From: Myxococcota bacterium
GTDB taxonomy: Bacteria; Myxococcota_A; Bradymonadia; UBA7976; UBA1532
Length of the DNA stretch: 64,000 nt
Assembly (NCBI GenBank): GCA_036337435.1
Contig: JAYZEG010000066.1
Coordinates: 1 to 64,000 of the forward strand
Reading direction: 5' to 3'
Each line of letters opens with the position of its first letter. Within the stretch, counting starts at the first letter, position 1. The position numbers and the translations under genes were made by a program. Of the stretch, positions 19,804 through 29,400 are shown in pieces. The notes below the pieces were generated by a model. It ran no database searches. It saw only the letters and a list, made by a program, of their open reading frames with translations, and had not been told where the DNA came from.

Positions 19804-21528
19804 ATGCCACCCACGACAACAGCAGAGCATACAGTGGCACGTATCAAAACCGCATTAATTGAAGAGTTGGCTTTGACGCTTGCAGCGTCTCGACGGGTTC
19901 TTCTCATCGAGCCCTCATTCGAGTTTCTGAGTCGAATGGCCATGATGCCTGTAGCAGAACTGGTCATCATCAGTCAGGATGCTGACCCAGATGCCGCGCC
20001 CGGCGAAACCCCTGGTGGTGCCCCGCTGCGAATCCGAGCGGACTGGAAAGAACGACCCCGGTCAAAAGATTTGATCGTGGATACCGCCAACAAAGCCAAA
20101 AAAGATGAAATTGAGCGTATTCTAAAGAAAGCCGGTCTATTTCTATCGCAGGACAGACGAAAACGACCCAAGGCTCTGGACGTCGAACAGGCAATCAAGA
20201 CTGAGTTGACGGGTTTATTCAGCTATGGACAGCCGACAACAGCCCCCTTTCTTGCCGAAAATATCGAGCCGACGAGCGGACCCGTCATCTATGTGTTTTC
20301 AAGGGCGCAAATAGAGATACCTCCATTTGCTGTCCGTGGGCCGGCGGAGGACTCATCGACTCTAGAGGCCACAAAGCAACAATTGGCAGAAGCGCAAAGT
20401 GCGTTAAGGGACATGCAGGCCACGGTAGCCCGACTGGAGACCGAAGCAGAACGCGTCGACAGTGAGATTGAGGAATTAAGAAAAAAGGTTGAAGAAAAAG
20501 ACCGTAAGCACAAGCTTGCTGCGGAGGAGACCGAAAAGCTCAAGAGTGCCAATGCAGTCTTAATGAGCGAACAAAGCGAACTCGAAAACGACTATGAGAC
20601 GATTCGAAGCGAATTAGCCGAGACTCGGATTGAATGCAGACGCCTGAGTGGTGCTCATGAAAAAATCAATCAGGTCAGAGAACAGATGAATGCGGAGGTT
20701 GAACTCCTGCAGAAAAAGTTACTGGACATCGATGGACCAAAGGCAGAGCTGGCGCAGGTCGATTCTGACAGAACCAGCTTACTGGTCAGTTATGAAAAAA
20801 CCCTCAGAACAGCGGGTCAAATCTTCAAGCGGCTCATCCCCGGACAAGCGTTACCTGCGACCCCGCGTCCTGGTGTTACGGCCGCTCAAATCAAACTCAT
20901 CGACGCGTGGCTCGCGACCGCCGGCCGGCGAGCAGAACAAGCCTACGTTCGGCGCGAAGAACAAACCAAAGTTCTGCGTTCAACAAGAGATAAGCTCAGA
21001 CGACTGAAGAAGACGGCAACCATCCTCCGCAGCTCTGCCTCGAAACCCGCCGAGCGGGTGACTGATATACCGAGAGCAATGCCAGCTGAACCATTGCGAG
21101 TCGACGATGCTCTGAAGGATCAACTGAATGCCCTCAGTGATGCCCTGCTCGCAGAGCAAAAGCGCCGAGAAGTCGCGGAGCGGATGGTCGCAGACATCAG
21201 GCGATCTACACAATTCGCACTGACCGACCGAACTCGCCTGTTAACGGAAATCAATCAGCAGAACCAAACGTTACACAACGCTGAGCTTGCGCGCCTCATC
21301 GCCGAAGAAACCATGGCGCAGGTTCAGGCTGAATTGCAGGAAAGAGTCAAGAGATTAGACGAGTTTGAAGCGATGTTGTCTACCCACGACCAGGTTCAAC
21401 AACTGATGACTGACGCAATTGAAGAAGCTCAAGATGCGAAGGATGAAGCGGAACACGCTCGGCGCCTTGCGGAAGAGAATCTTCGCATCATGCGACTGGA
21501 GTTCGAACGGATCAAGGATAAGCCCTGA
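19804..21528 (+). CDS. Long coiled-coil protein with N-terminal globular head
   Basis: ORF 19666..21528, likely ATG at 19804; E/K/R/A/L heptads over the C-terminal ~380 aa. Confidence 0.7.
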   Translation: MPPTTTAEHTVARIKTALIEELALTLAASRRVLLIEPSFEFLSRMAMMPVAELVIISQDADPDAAPGETPGGAPLRIRADWKERPRSKDLIVDTANKAKKDEIERILKKAGLFLSQDRRKRPKALDVEQAIKTELTGLFSYGQPTTAPFLAENIEPTSGPVIYVFSRAQIEIPPFAVRGPAEDSSTLEATKQQLAEAQSALRDMQATVARLETEAERVDSEIEELRKKVEEKDRKHKLAAEETEKLKSANAVLMSEQSELENDYETIRSELAETRIECRRLSGAHEKINQVREQMNAEVELLQKKLLDIDGPKAELAQVDSDRTSLLVSYEKTLRTAGQIFKRLIPGQALPATPRPGVTAAQIKLIDAWLATAGRRAEQAYVRREEQTKVLRSTRDKLRRLKKTATILRSSASKPAERVTDIPRAMPAEPLRVDDALKDQLNALSDALLAEQKRREVAERMVADIRRSTQFALTDRTRLLTEINQQNQTLHNAELARLIAEETMAQVQAELQERVKRLDEFEAMLSTHDQVQQLMTDAIEEAQDAKDEAEHARRLAEENLRIMRLEFERIKDKP

Positions 21529-21558
21529 GATCAATGGTAGACTAATGGTGGATTTAGC

Positions 21559-22026
21559 ATGAAAATTTCTAGCCGCTGTCGCTACGCAGCTCTTGCTCTA
21601 TTCGATATCGCCTTCCACAACGATGGACAACCGACGCAGGTCAAACAAATTGCGAAAAGGCAAAACATCCCTGGACGATTCCTGGAGCAAATCTTTCAAG
21701 ATCTACGCCGAGCAGAACTCGTTGATGGGAAAAGGGGTCGTAACGGTGGCTATTTTCTGAACCGGTCCCCATCCGATATCAACCTCCTGGATGTGATCCA
21801 CGCCACCGAGGGTGAGATCGAACTCGCAAAGACAGCGAAGCAATCCGCCCAAGTAATGCCAAGTTCAAGTCCGATTGAGACCCATGATATTTTAATTCAG
21901 GCTTGGGACGAAGTGGGACAACAGATTTCGGATATTTATGCCGCAATCAGTCTCGCGGACCTCGTTGAGCGAGCGGAGCTAGCCGGCCTGTCTCGATCAA
22001 CCCCAGGCTACATGTACTTCATTTAA
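21559..22026 (+). CDS. Rrf2-family transcriptional regulator (CymR-like, no Fe-S Cys triad)
   Basis: FLEQIFQDLRRAELVDGKRGRNGGY; C-terminal YMYFI; only one Cys. Confidence 0.92.
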   Translation: MKISSRCRYAALALFDIAFHNDGQPTQVKQIAKRQNIPGRFLEQIFQDLRRAELVDGKRGRNGGYFLNRSPSDINLLDVIHATEGEIELAKTAKQSAQVMPSSSPIETHDILIQAWDEVGQQISDIYAAISLADLVERAELAGLSRSTPGYMYFI

Positions 22027-22035
22027 GACAGCCGA

Positions 22036-22449
22036 ATGCGTCGCGTATTGACAGTCGACTCTAGGTGTCTCGACGCAATCATTCAACACGGGGAAACATG
22101 TTACCCCCTGGAGGCCGCCGGCGTAATCGTCAGCGGCGAAAACGGCCAAACAGCGTTTCCCGAAATCAGTCAACAAGAACGAAACCGATTCAATATCAAA
22201 GCCGCAACATTAATCAGAGCTCGCCAATCCGGAGATATCATAGGTTTCTATCACTCCCATCCGGATGGACGCGCCGCTTTAAGCATTCAAGATGCCCGTT
22301 CAATGCGGATAGCTGACCAACCGACTTGGCCTGGCGTTGCATGGGTTGTGTTATCGGTAATAAACGGCAGATTCGTTGACATGAGTGCTTACATGTGGAA
22401 TTCGAAGCGACGTAACTTTTCGTCCGTGGCGGTCGTAATCGATGAGTGA
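22036..22449 (+). CDS. JAB/MPN (Mov34, M67) metallopeptidase, Mec-like
   Basis: YPLEAAG...FYHSHPDGRAALSIQD matches E-xn-HxH-x7-S-x2-D. Confidence 0.9.
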   Translation: MRRVLTVDSRCLDAIIQHGETCYPLEAAGVIVSGENGQTAFPEISQQERNRFNIKAATLIRARQSGDIIGFYHSHPDGRAALSIQDARSMRIADQPTWPGVAWVVLSVINGRFVDMSAYMWNSKRRNFSSVAVVIDE

Positions 22450-23266
22450 CTCTTTGAATTTGAAGTTCGACGCGCTTCAAGCCATCTTTCAGACGATGGG
22501 AAAGGCCGTCATCGCTTACTCCGGTGGGGTTGATAGTGCTTATTTACTGAAAGTTGCTTTTGATACATTGGGTGACAATGCTGTTGCGGTAACCGCGATA
22601 TCCGAGAGCTACCCTCGCTGGGAACGAGACGAGGCCCGAATCCTGGCTGAGACCATTGGGGCCAAGGTCATTGAGATCAATACAGACGAAATTGAACGCG
22701 AAGAGTACCGAAAGAATGCAGGTGACCGATGTTATTTCTGCAAGTCAGAATTATTCAGTTTGGCTGCGGACAAAGCGCAGGCGTTGAATCTGGGGCAACT
22801 CTGTTACGGGGCGATTCCTGACGATCTCGGTGACCATCGTCCTGGCATGGTCGCCGCCGACGAGTGGGCAATTCGAGCTCCACTGGTCGAAGTAGGTCTC
22901 ACCAAGCTCGAGATTCGAGAGCTATCTCGCCGAGCAGGCTTACCGACATGGGATAAACCGGCCAGTGCCTGCCTAGCGAGCCGTTTTCCCTACGGCGTAG
23001 AAATCACCCGAACGAAATTGCAGCAAGTCGAAGCGTGTGAATCTGCGCTAAGAACCATCGGCTTTCGCGATTTCCGCGCCCGCTACCATGAACACTTGGT
23101 CCGCATAGAATTCGCGTCAGATGAATTAGCCCGTGTGCTCGAAGACGGGACTGTGAGGACTCGAATCATTGATGCGTGTAAATCAGTTGGCTTTAAATTT
23201 GTGACCATCGATCTCGAGGGATACCGGTCGGGCTCAGCCAACGTTCTTGTTGGAATCGACGGGTAA
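22442..23266 (+). CDS. larE: ATP-dependent sulfur transferase, LarE family
   Basis: PP-loop AYSGGVDS, RCYFCK, DDLGDHRPG, WDKPASACLASRFPYG, DLEGYRSGS. Confidence 0.93.
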   Translation: MSDSLNLKFDALQAIFQTMGKAVIAYSGGVDSAYLLKVAFDTLGDNAVAVTAISESYPRWERDEARILAETIGAKVIEINTDEIEREEYRKNAGDRCYFCKSELFSLAADKAQALNLGQLCYGAIPDDLGDHRPGMVAADEWAIRAPLVEVGLTKLEIRELSRRAGLPTWDKPASACLASRFPYGVEITRTKLQQVEACESALRTIGFRDFRARYHEHLVRIEFASDELARVLEDGTVRTRIIDACKSVGFKFVTIDLEGYRSGSANVLVGIDG

Positions 23267-23294
23267 GCGACCCATGTCGACCCAGTTCATGGTC

Positions 23295-24626
23295 TCACTC
23301 GAATGTATGGCGAAGACTTAAGCTGCTGTTCCAGATGAGCCCACTCGCGCGGTAATCAGGCAGCTTGGCATCGGCTCTAGCTTTTGTCATTTGCCGCGTT
23401 TCAAATTGCAGACACTGTAATCCAAACTCTATAGTAAGCGGCGCATAGTGAATCGCCCATGGGTTAGACACACTGTAAGCAAAACCAAGGCCGAGCTGGT
23501 GCGCATCTGAATCCACATAGTTGGTGATGTCCGTCTGTGCAGGCAATGGTGTGGGGAGAAATGCATAGCCAGCAAACCAGCTCCATTCCTTTGATGATTG
23601 ATATTCAATCGCGAGTCGCGGGGTCAAGGTATCGACAGCCCCGATTTTGAGCGGTACGTAATCGAATTCCTGAATTTCGAAATTAAGTGCCCGGCCGTCA
23701 ACGCGTCCGCGATAGCGAGCGGCCGGATCCGGTGCTTGACTCCAATGCTCATAATCGAGTTGCACAGACAGATTAATCTCGTTTGTCAGGGCGTATTGAG
23801 TACCCAGAAGCCACTTGGCTGGCCGATAGAGCGTTCGTCCATAGACGGTGGTCAGCACACGGCCTATCCCGGTCAGATTGGCGTCGATGGTCATCTCATA
23901 AGGCAAATCGATCTCTTGTCGAAAGCTCGCACCGATCACCAGGCTTTCGCCTGGCGTGAGAGTGAGGCCGAAGACGGCCGCTCGCCCTGGATCCACCTGA
24001 GCGACTTTGCGCTCACTGAGAATTCGGCGAGAAAAAAGGTCTATCTCGAGAGCCGAACCGCCTTTCAGTCCGCCGATGACATGAATTCCCGCACCCAGCG
24101 ATGCCCAATCCGTCACTTGGAAGGCCAAAGCGAGACCAAGAGTAAGCGCGTCAGATTGAGCTTGAAATCGATAGAAATGAGCTTGTGTTTTGTCGAGAGC
24201 CTCAACACGGGTCGGCTGCAGGATGGGTGCAAACAAGCCGGCACCCAATACGAGCTGGCGGTTCCAGAATTCTCCGAGCGGAAAAACTGCCCCGAGATGA
24301 ATGCCTATATTATTGCTTGGTAGAATAGCATTCGCTTCGTCAGCGGTGGGTGGCTCATCAAAGGTCAGCATGAGCTTGGGTATAACCGCATCAAACCCGA
24401 GCGCAACCTGAACCGATGACTGACCGATCATGGCTGCGGGATTGTAGTAAATCCCGGTGAAATCGCCCCGTTGAGCAACCATAGCATTGCTGAGCGAAAT
24501 AGCACGAGCACCGTATCCATGGGTATCAAAAAGACTCCCCTTCCCTACCACGGGCCAGAACACAAGAGTCGCCAACAAACCGAAAGCAACAGTCACACAT
24601 CGTGTTTTGATGCGCGTACTAATCAT
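23295..24626 (-). CDS. FadL/OmpP1-family outer membrane transporter
   Basis: Signal peptide; GARAISLSNA...DFTGIYYNPAAM hatch motif; beta-strands. Confidence 0.8.
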   Translation of the reverse strand: MISTRIKTRCVTVAFGLLATLVFWPVVGKGSLFDTHGYGARAISLSNAMVAQRGDFTGIYYNPAAMIGQSSVQVALGFDAVIPKLMLTFDEPPTADEANAILPSNNIGIHLGAVFPLGEFWNRQLVLGAGLFAPILQPTRVEALDKTQAHFYRFQAQSDALTLGLALAFQVTDWASLGAGIHVIGGLKGGSALEIDLFSRRILSERKVAQVDPGRAAVFGLTLTPGESLVIGASFRQEIDLPYEMTIDANLTGIGRVLTTVYGRTLYRPAKWLLGTQYALTNEINLSVQLDYEHWSQAPDPAARYRGRVDGRALNFEIQEFDYVPLKIGAVDTLTPRLAIEYQSSKEWSWFAGYAFLPTPLPAQTDITNYVDSDAHQLGLGFAYSVSNPWAIHYAPLTIEFGLQCLQFETRQMTKARADAKLPDYRASGLIWNSSLSLRHTFE

Positions 24627-25479
24627 GCAGAACCTCAGCCGCTATATCGACAGCTTTGGCAGAGTGGGTCAATGAACCAACGGCGATCAGATCGACGCCA
24701 GTTGAGCCATAGTCTCTAATATTATCGAGATTAATTCCGCCGCTGGCCTCCAAAATCGCTTTGCCGGCGTTCGCCTCGACTGCAGCACGAACTCGCTCAG
24801 GGGAAAAATTATCGAGCATGATGACATCAGCCCCGGCAGCGAGTGCCTCGATTAACCCAGCCTCATCTTCCACTTCGACTTCAATCTTTAGTGAATGAGA
24901 CGCATAGCTGCGTGCCTTTGCGATGGCTGGCCCAATTCCACCAGCTGCCCGAAGGTGGTTGTCTTTAATCAACACGCCCCCTGCGAGAGACCCTCTGTGG
25001 TTCACAGCACCACCGACACGTGTCGCATACTTGTCAAGACTTCGATAGCCCGGGAGAGTTTTGCGTGTATCAACGAGTCGACTTGAACACCCATCAAGCT
25101 GTTTTACAAATCGCTGCGTATGGGTTGCCACACCCGACAGGCGTTGCAAAAAGTTGAGGACTGTTCTCTCTAAGACAAGGAGCTCCGACAGCAAACCTGA
25201 AAAGCGGCCAAGTTCAGTTCCGGGTGCCACTCGACAGCCCTCTGACACTGACCATACGAGCTTGACGTAGGAGGCACCGAACCGCTGAATAAGTCGATCA
25301 ACAACGGGCTGTCCGCACATCACCAAGCTTTCGCGTGCAACAATCATCATCGTCGCTTGCTGGCCCAAGGGGATCAGCGCGTCGGTGGTTGCATCGCCAC
25401 ATCCTATATCCTCCGAGAGCGCAATGTCGATTAATGTGTCGAGATGCGGAGACGGAGTAAATCGCGTGGATTGTTTCAT
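24619..25479 (-). CDS. nadC: Quinolinate phosphoribosyltransferase (decarboxylating)
   Basis: ALSEDIG, ERTVLNFLQRLSGVAT, DTRKTLPG, LIKDNH, IEVEV, IMLDN, EASGG; ATG at 25479 after an SD. Confidence 0.97.
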   Translation of the reverse strand: MKQSTRFTPSPHLDTLIDIALSEDIGCGDATTDALIPLGQQATMMIVARESLVMCGQPVVDRLIQRFGASYVKLVWSVSEGCRVAPGTELGRFSGLLSELLVLERTVLNFLQRLSGVATHTQRFVKQLDGCSSRLVDTRKTLPGYRSLDKYATRVGGAVNHRGSLAGGVLIKDNHLRAAGGIGPAIAKARSYASHSLKIEVEVEDEAGLIEALAAGADVIMLDNFSPERVRAAVEANAGKAILEASGGINLDNIRDYGSTGVDLIAVGSLTHSAKAVDIAAEVLHD

Positions 25480-25743
25480 ATAAACCACCTTTCCCTGAGT
25501 CCAGTCGTATCGATTTGCCTCATCCAACACGATTATCATCTAGGTCGCAATGACCAATGAATTCGACAGTGAAGTCAAAGGCCGTTGACCGACTTTATGG
25601 AGGAGCGCGCACCGGGATGTCAGCGCGGCCTCCGAAACAAGCAGCGGCCGCCTACTTAAGAATGGAATTGAATCGCATCCGTACGCGTTTCATGCGATAT
25701 CCCACACCATGGGTGAAGGCAAATAGAGTGAGGAGTGTTTTTG

Positions 25744-26970
25744 ATGATTCATTGGCTGACTGCGTGGGTCTTTCTGTTGCAATTGGGCGGAACACCGACG
25801 TCGGACGAAAGCAGCTTGCAAACACTCGCGCAAACCGCGCTCAAAAAAGTGGAGCGGATGCGGGACCAACGACTCTCAGCCCCACTCAAGATGGGCGTGA
25901 AGAGTCGAGCTGAAATCTTAACCTTCGTCAAATCGCGACTTTCTCAGGAATACGGGCCAGACAAGGTCGAGGCGGAAGGCTGGCTTTTAAAAGACCAAGG
26001 TTTTCTGGCCGATGAAATTGACTACGGCCGGCTCGTAAGCGAACTGCTGTCCGAGCAAATTGCCGGTTTTTATGATCATACGCGGCAAGAACTGCACATT
26101 GCCGATTGGCTTGGGGCCGCAGTGCAAGAGCCGGTCATGGCCCATGAAATATTCCATGCGATTCAAGACCAGGAATGGGGTGGCGGGCAGCTGTTGGACT
26201 CGAAAAAATTCAGCCACGACCAGATCTTAGCCCATGCTGCTTTGCTCGAGGGCGATGCGACCATCGTCATGCTCAACTACTCAAGCGGAACCGATATGAG
26301 TGCGTCCGCAATGACGATCAATATGGTGGCAGCGAGTCTCCCACTACAAATGTCGAGTAACCAGTTTCCAACGATGGCAAAAGCGCCTCTCTACCTCAAA
26401 CAATCGCTCATTTTCCCGTATCAGCAAGGGCTCCTATTTGTCTCAGCATTACGCCAAGCTGGATTGAGCTGGAGTAAAATCAGAGATGTCTACAAGGATC
26501 CGCCGCAGTCGACAGAGCAGATACTACATCCGAAAAAGTATTATTCGACACGAGACGTCCCTTCGACCGTTAAGTTACCGGATAATTTGATGCCAGGATT
26601 CACTGTACGTTGGTCTGGAGCAACCGGCGAATTTCACGCTCGACAGCTGCTTCTGCAAAAACTGCCCGCAACGGATGCCATCTCAGGTGCAGACGGTTGG
26701 GATGGCGATCAGACATTCGTGTTATCCGATGGGACAAGACACGTGTCGGTGACCTACTCGGTATGGGACTCAGGCGCAGATGCACGCGACTTCGCAAACA
26801 AACTGAAGCAAGTCAGCCAGCTTTCGAAAACAAAAAAGTCCGGCTCGACCGCGCATTTCCACTCGGTCCAGACCGACGAAGTGGTTGCCTACGCGTTTTC
26901 ACGAGATAAGGAACTGAGCAAACGAGCCGTCGAATTGGCCCTCGAGAAAGCACAGGTCGAACGACGATGA
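25744..26970 (+). CDS. Secreted putative gluzincin zinc metallopeptidase
   Basis: AHEIFHAIQDQ (HExxH) plus LLEGDAT third ligand; IAGFYD, FPYQQG, PPQSTEQILHP; GAGGAG SD. Confidence 0.75.
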   Translation: MIHWLTAWVFLLQLGGTPTSDESSLQTLAQTALKKVERMRDQRLSAPLKMGVKSRAEILTFVKSRLSQEYGPDKVEAEGWLLKDQGFLADEIDYGRLVSELLSEQIAGFYDHTRQELHIADWLGAAVQEPVMAHEIFHAIQDQEWGGGQLLDSKKFSHDQILAHAALLEGDATIVMLNYSSGTDMSASAMTINMVAASLPLQMSSNQFPTMAKAPLYLKQSLIFPYQQGLLFVSALRQAGLSWSKIRDVYKDPPQSTEQILHPKKYYSTRDVPSTVKLPDNLMPGFTVRWSGATGEFHARQLLLQKLPATDAISGADGWDGDQTFVLSDGTRHVSVTYSVWDSGADARDFANKLKQVSQLSKTKKSGSTAHFHSVQTDEVVAYAFSRDKELSKRAVELALEKAQVERR

Positions 26971-27575
26971 TGGACACAACGACCCTTGCGTGTGTCTTCT
27001 CTGCCTATGTGATTGGCTCTGTCCCTACCGGAGTCATCTTGGGTCGGATTTTTGGGCGAGATCCAAGACTCGAGGGAAGCCGAAATATCGGCGCATCAAA
27101 TGTAGCTCGGGTGCTCGGAAAACGTGCCGGGTTCTTGACCCTATTTGTCGACATCGGAAAAGGAGCTCTCGCAACCATCTTGGGCCTTCAATTTGGTGGT
27201 GACCAGGTCCACCTCCTGTGCGGCTTTACCGCCGTCTTCGGACATTGCTTCCCCATTTGGCTTGGCTTTCATGGAGGAAAAGGCGTGGCAACAGCATTCG
27301 GCACCATGTTTGTTGTGCTACCCATCGTTGCAGTCATTTCAACGTTGGCGTGGGTGACGGCACTGTACTTTACTCGTACACCAGCCATTGGAAGCTTATT
27401 GGCTGCGGGGCTTTTCGTCGGCCTGCCACAACTTGAGAACACGCCATTCGAGGTGCATTGCTTCACGTTAAGTCTCGCGTTGTTGATGGTCATCAGACAC
27501 ATCGGCAATATCAGAACTTTGCGTCGCCGGTACGCCCCGGATCAAAAACGCAGCCGTCGGAGGAGACGCAAATGA
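26967..27575 (+). CDS. plsY: Glycerol-3-phosphate acyltransferase PlsY
   Basis: YVIGSVP, GSRNIGASN, DIGKG, GHCFP, GGKGVAT, RHIGNI. Confidence 0.96.
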   Translation: MMDTTTLACVFSAYVIGSVPTGVILGRIFGRDPRLEGSRNIGASNVARVLGKRAGFLTLFVDIGKGALATILGLQFGGDQVHLLCGFTAVFGHCFPIWLGFHGGKGVATAFGTMFVVLPIVAVISTLAWVTALYFTRTPAIGSLLAAGLFVGLPQLENTPFEVHCFTLSLALLMVIRHIGNIRTLRRRYAPDQKRSRRRRRK

Positions 27576-28507
27576 CGGAGGCCAAATTACAAATCAATTT
27601 CACCAATGACTACGATGAAGCATGCCGCCTCCGAGATGCTGGATTCGAACCTATTGAGTGCGAATTTGGACAGTATGGGTCCGTAATGGGTGCCTTTGCA
27701 ATGGACCATCATGGAACCGAGAGCCATCTGGATGGCGTGGCCTTGAGGGCCTGTAGAGACCACTACGGTGCACTCGCCGAACAAGCCAAGTTTGTCGTGA
27801 CGGGAACGCCTGATGCAGACGCTGTTTTAGCGATCGTCGCCTTGGCTGGCCTCGTCCCTCGGCTCACTTTAGAACCTGGATTCTACGAGCTGGTCAACGC
27901 CCACGATACCGACCCCATCGGAATCGACTTACTCGAAACCGAGCAAGGGATCCGCTTGGCCTGGTTTAACCAACTGCCGAAACTGTCGCAAAGCGAGCGC
28001 GGTTTCAGACGTGCAATCGAAGCGATGAGACGGCTTTTGACCACAGGATTGAGCAAGGATGAAATAGAGAAGGTTGTTAAATCCGACCGTGGCCGAAAGC
28101 GTGTTGCCTTAGACGGCCTACTTCAACGCCTAGATAGGTCGGGGGTCGAGTTGCCAATTCCAGACGGCCTGGGCACGAGACCTGTTTGCCGCGGCATGAA
28201 CGTATTGGACGAAGCGGCCAGAATTGCCGTGGTTAAAAGTAGTGTGTGGGGCTTCGATGTGTGGTATCGAGCCGCGCCAATCGTCGTCAGCTATGCATCT
28301 CGGCTCAAGAAAGTAACGGTCGGCTGTCCGGACCGGGACACCGCTGAAGCCTTGTTCGGTCCGGGTGGTCTGGAGTGTGTCTGGCGCCACCTCGGGCGCG
28401 GTTGGGGTGGTCGTGAGACCATTGGTGGAAGTCCGCGAGGTGTTGAAAAAACATTAGGGGATACTTTTGAAACCGCACGCCGAATTACGACGATGCTGAA
28501 GAATTAG
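27572..28507 (+). CDS. Hypothetical DHH-like protein (motif order reversed)
   Basis: ATGA-coupled to plsY; MDHHG precedes TPDADAVLA; C-terminal GWGG...IGGSPRG. Confidence 0.55.
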   Translation: MTEAKLQINFTNDYDEACRLRDAGFEPIECEFGQYGSVMGAFAMDHHGTESHLDGVALRACRDHYGALAEQAKFVVTGTPDADAVLAIVALAGLVPRLTLEPGFYELVNAHDTDPIGIDLLETEQGIRLAWFNQLPKLSQSERGFRRAIEAMRRLLTTGLSKDEIEKVVKSDRGRKRVALDGLLQRLDRSGVELPIPDGLGTRPVCRGMNVLDEAARIAVVKSSVWGFDVWYRAAPIVVSYASRLKKVTVGCPDRDTAEALFGPGGLECVWRHLGRGWGGRETIGGSPRGVEKTLGDTFETARRITTMLKN

Positions 28508-28578
28508 CAACCGGTGACAATGGTCAGGGATGATTGAGGGCTCAAAGCTAACTAGACCGGTTCAGGCATGATGGCTTT

Positions 28579-29274
28579 TCAATCTTCGTGTTTCTTTCCG
28601 ATGATGAGGTGATTGAAACCACGCAGAAAAAAGTTTCCATCTTGAGCGGCTTTTCGATGGTTGTTCATTTTAAGGTTTTTATTGTGTCGAACCACGCTGA
28701 CATGGTCAACCAATCTGAAGTACTGCGATAATTGCATCATGGTCGACGCACCAATCGGTAGAAAACCATCCTTCTTGTTCCAGACGTCGCAGATATAGAT
28801 GGCGATGTAGCGCCGGTTCTTCAAGATTCTGTACGCTTCTTCATAAACGTCGGCCAGCGCTTCGAAATAATCGGACCCTGCGGCACTCAGCTTCCCAATG
28901 CATCGCGGGTCGTCACTGTATTTTAGGTTTGTCGAGTATGGTGGGTCGATAAACACAAAATCTGCCGAATCATCCTCCAGAGGAATCTGACGCGCGTCAG
29001 CCAATTGAATCTCTTTTCGCTGCGGTTGGAGATCGAACCCATACGCTGTCCGTCCAAGGTCTGCGGCAACATCGAGGGTTGTTCCCGAACCACACATAGG
29101 GTCGACGACGACATCTCCCTGGCGGGTGTAGCGCGACAAGAGATTCCAAATCACATAAGACGGCGTTGCGCCTCGATAACGCGCGCTCCCCTGAGTCCCT
29201 TGTCCGTAGTGCTGTGACGGATAGTCCCAAAGGGTTGTGAGTTGCGGTTCCAATGGTGGTTTACGTTTAGACAT
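28579..29274 (-). CDS. Small N4-C/N6-A type methyltransferase, orphan
   Basis: DPMCGSGTT (motif I), FIDPPY (motif IV). Confidence 0.8.
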   Translation of the reverse strand: MSKRKPPLEPQLTTLWDYPSQHYGQGTQGSARYRGATPSYVIWNLLSRYTRQGDVVVDPMCGSGTTLDVAADLGRTAYGFDLQPQRKEIQLADARQIPLEDDSADFVFIDPPYSTNLKYSDDPRCIGKLSAAGSDYFEALADVYEEAYRILKNRRYIAIYICDVWNKKDGFLPIGASTMMQLSQYFRLVDHVSVVRHNKNLKMNNHRKAAQDGNFFLRGFNHLIIGKKHED

Positions 29275-29400
29275 ACTTTGGACGGTACGCCGGCAAACTC
29301 CCCTCGGCAAGCCTTAGTCATTTGTTGCTCAAAAAAAATGCAAACTCATCGAGTTATCATGAACCTTGCTTATCGCGTTTGAGACAGTATGCTACCCGCT

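Noticed and set aside
25599..25633. GC-rich hairpin upstream of nadC as an NAD-related riboswitch
   Set aside because: It is a single imperfect stem with no motif I can match to a known aptamer.
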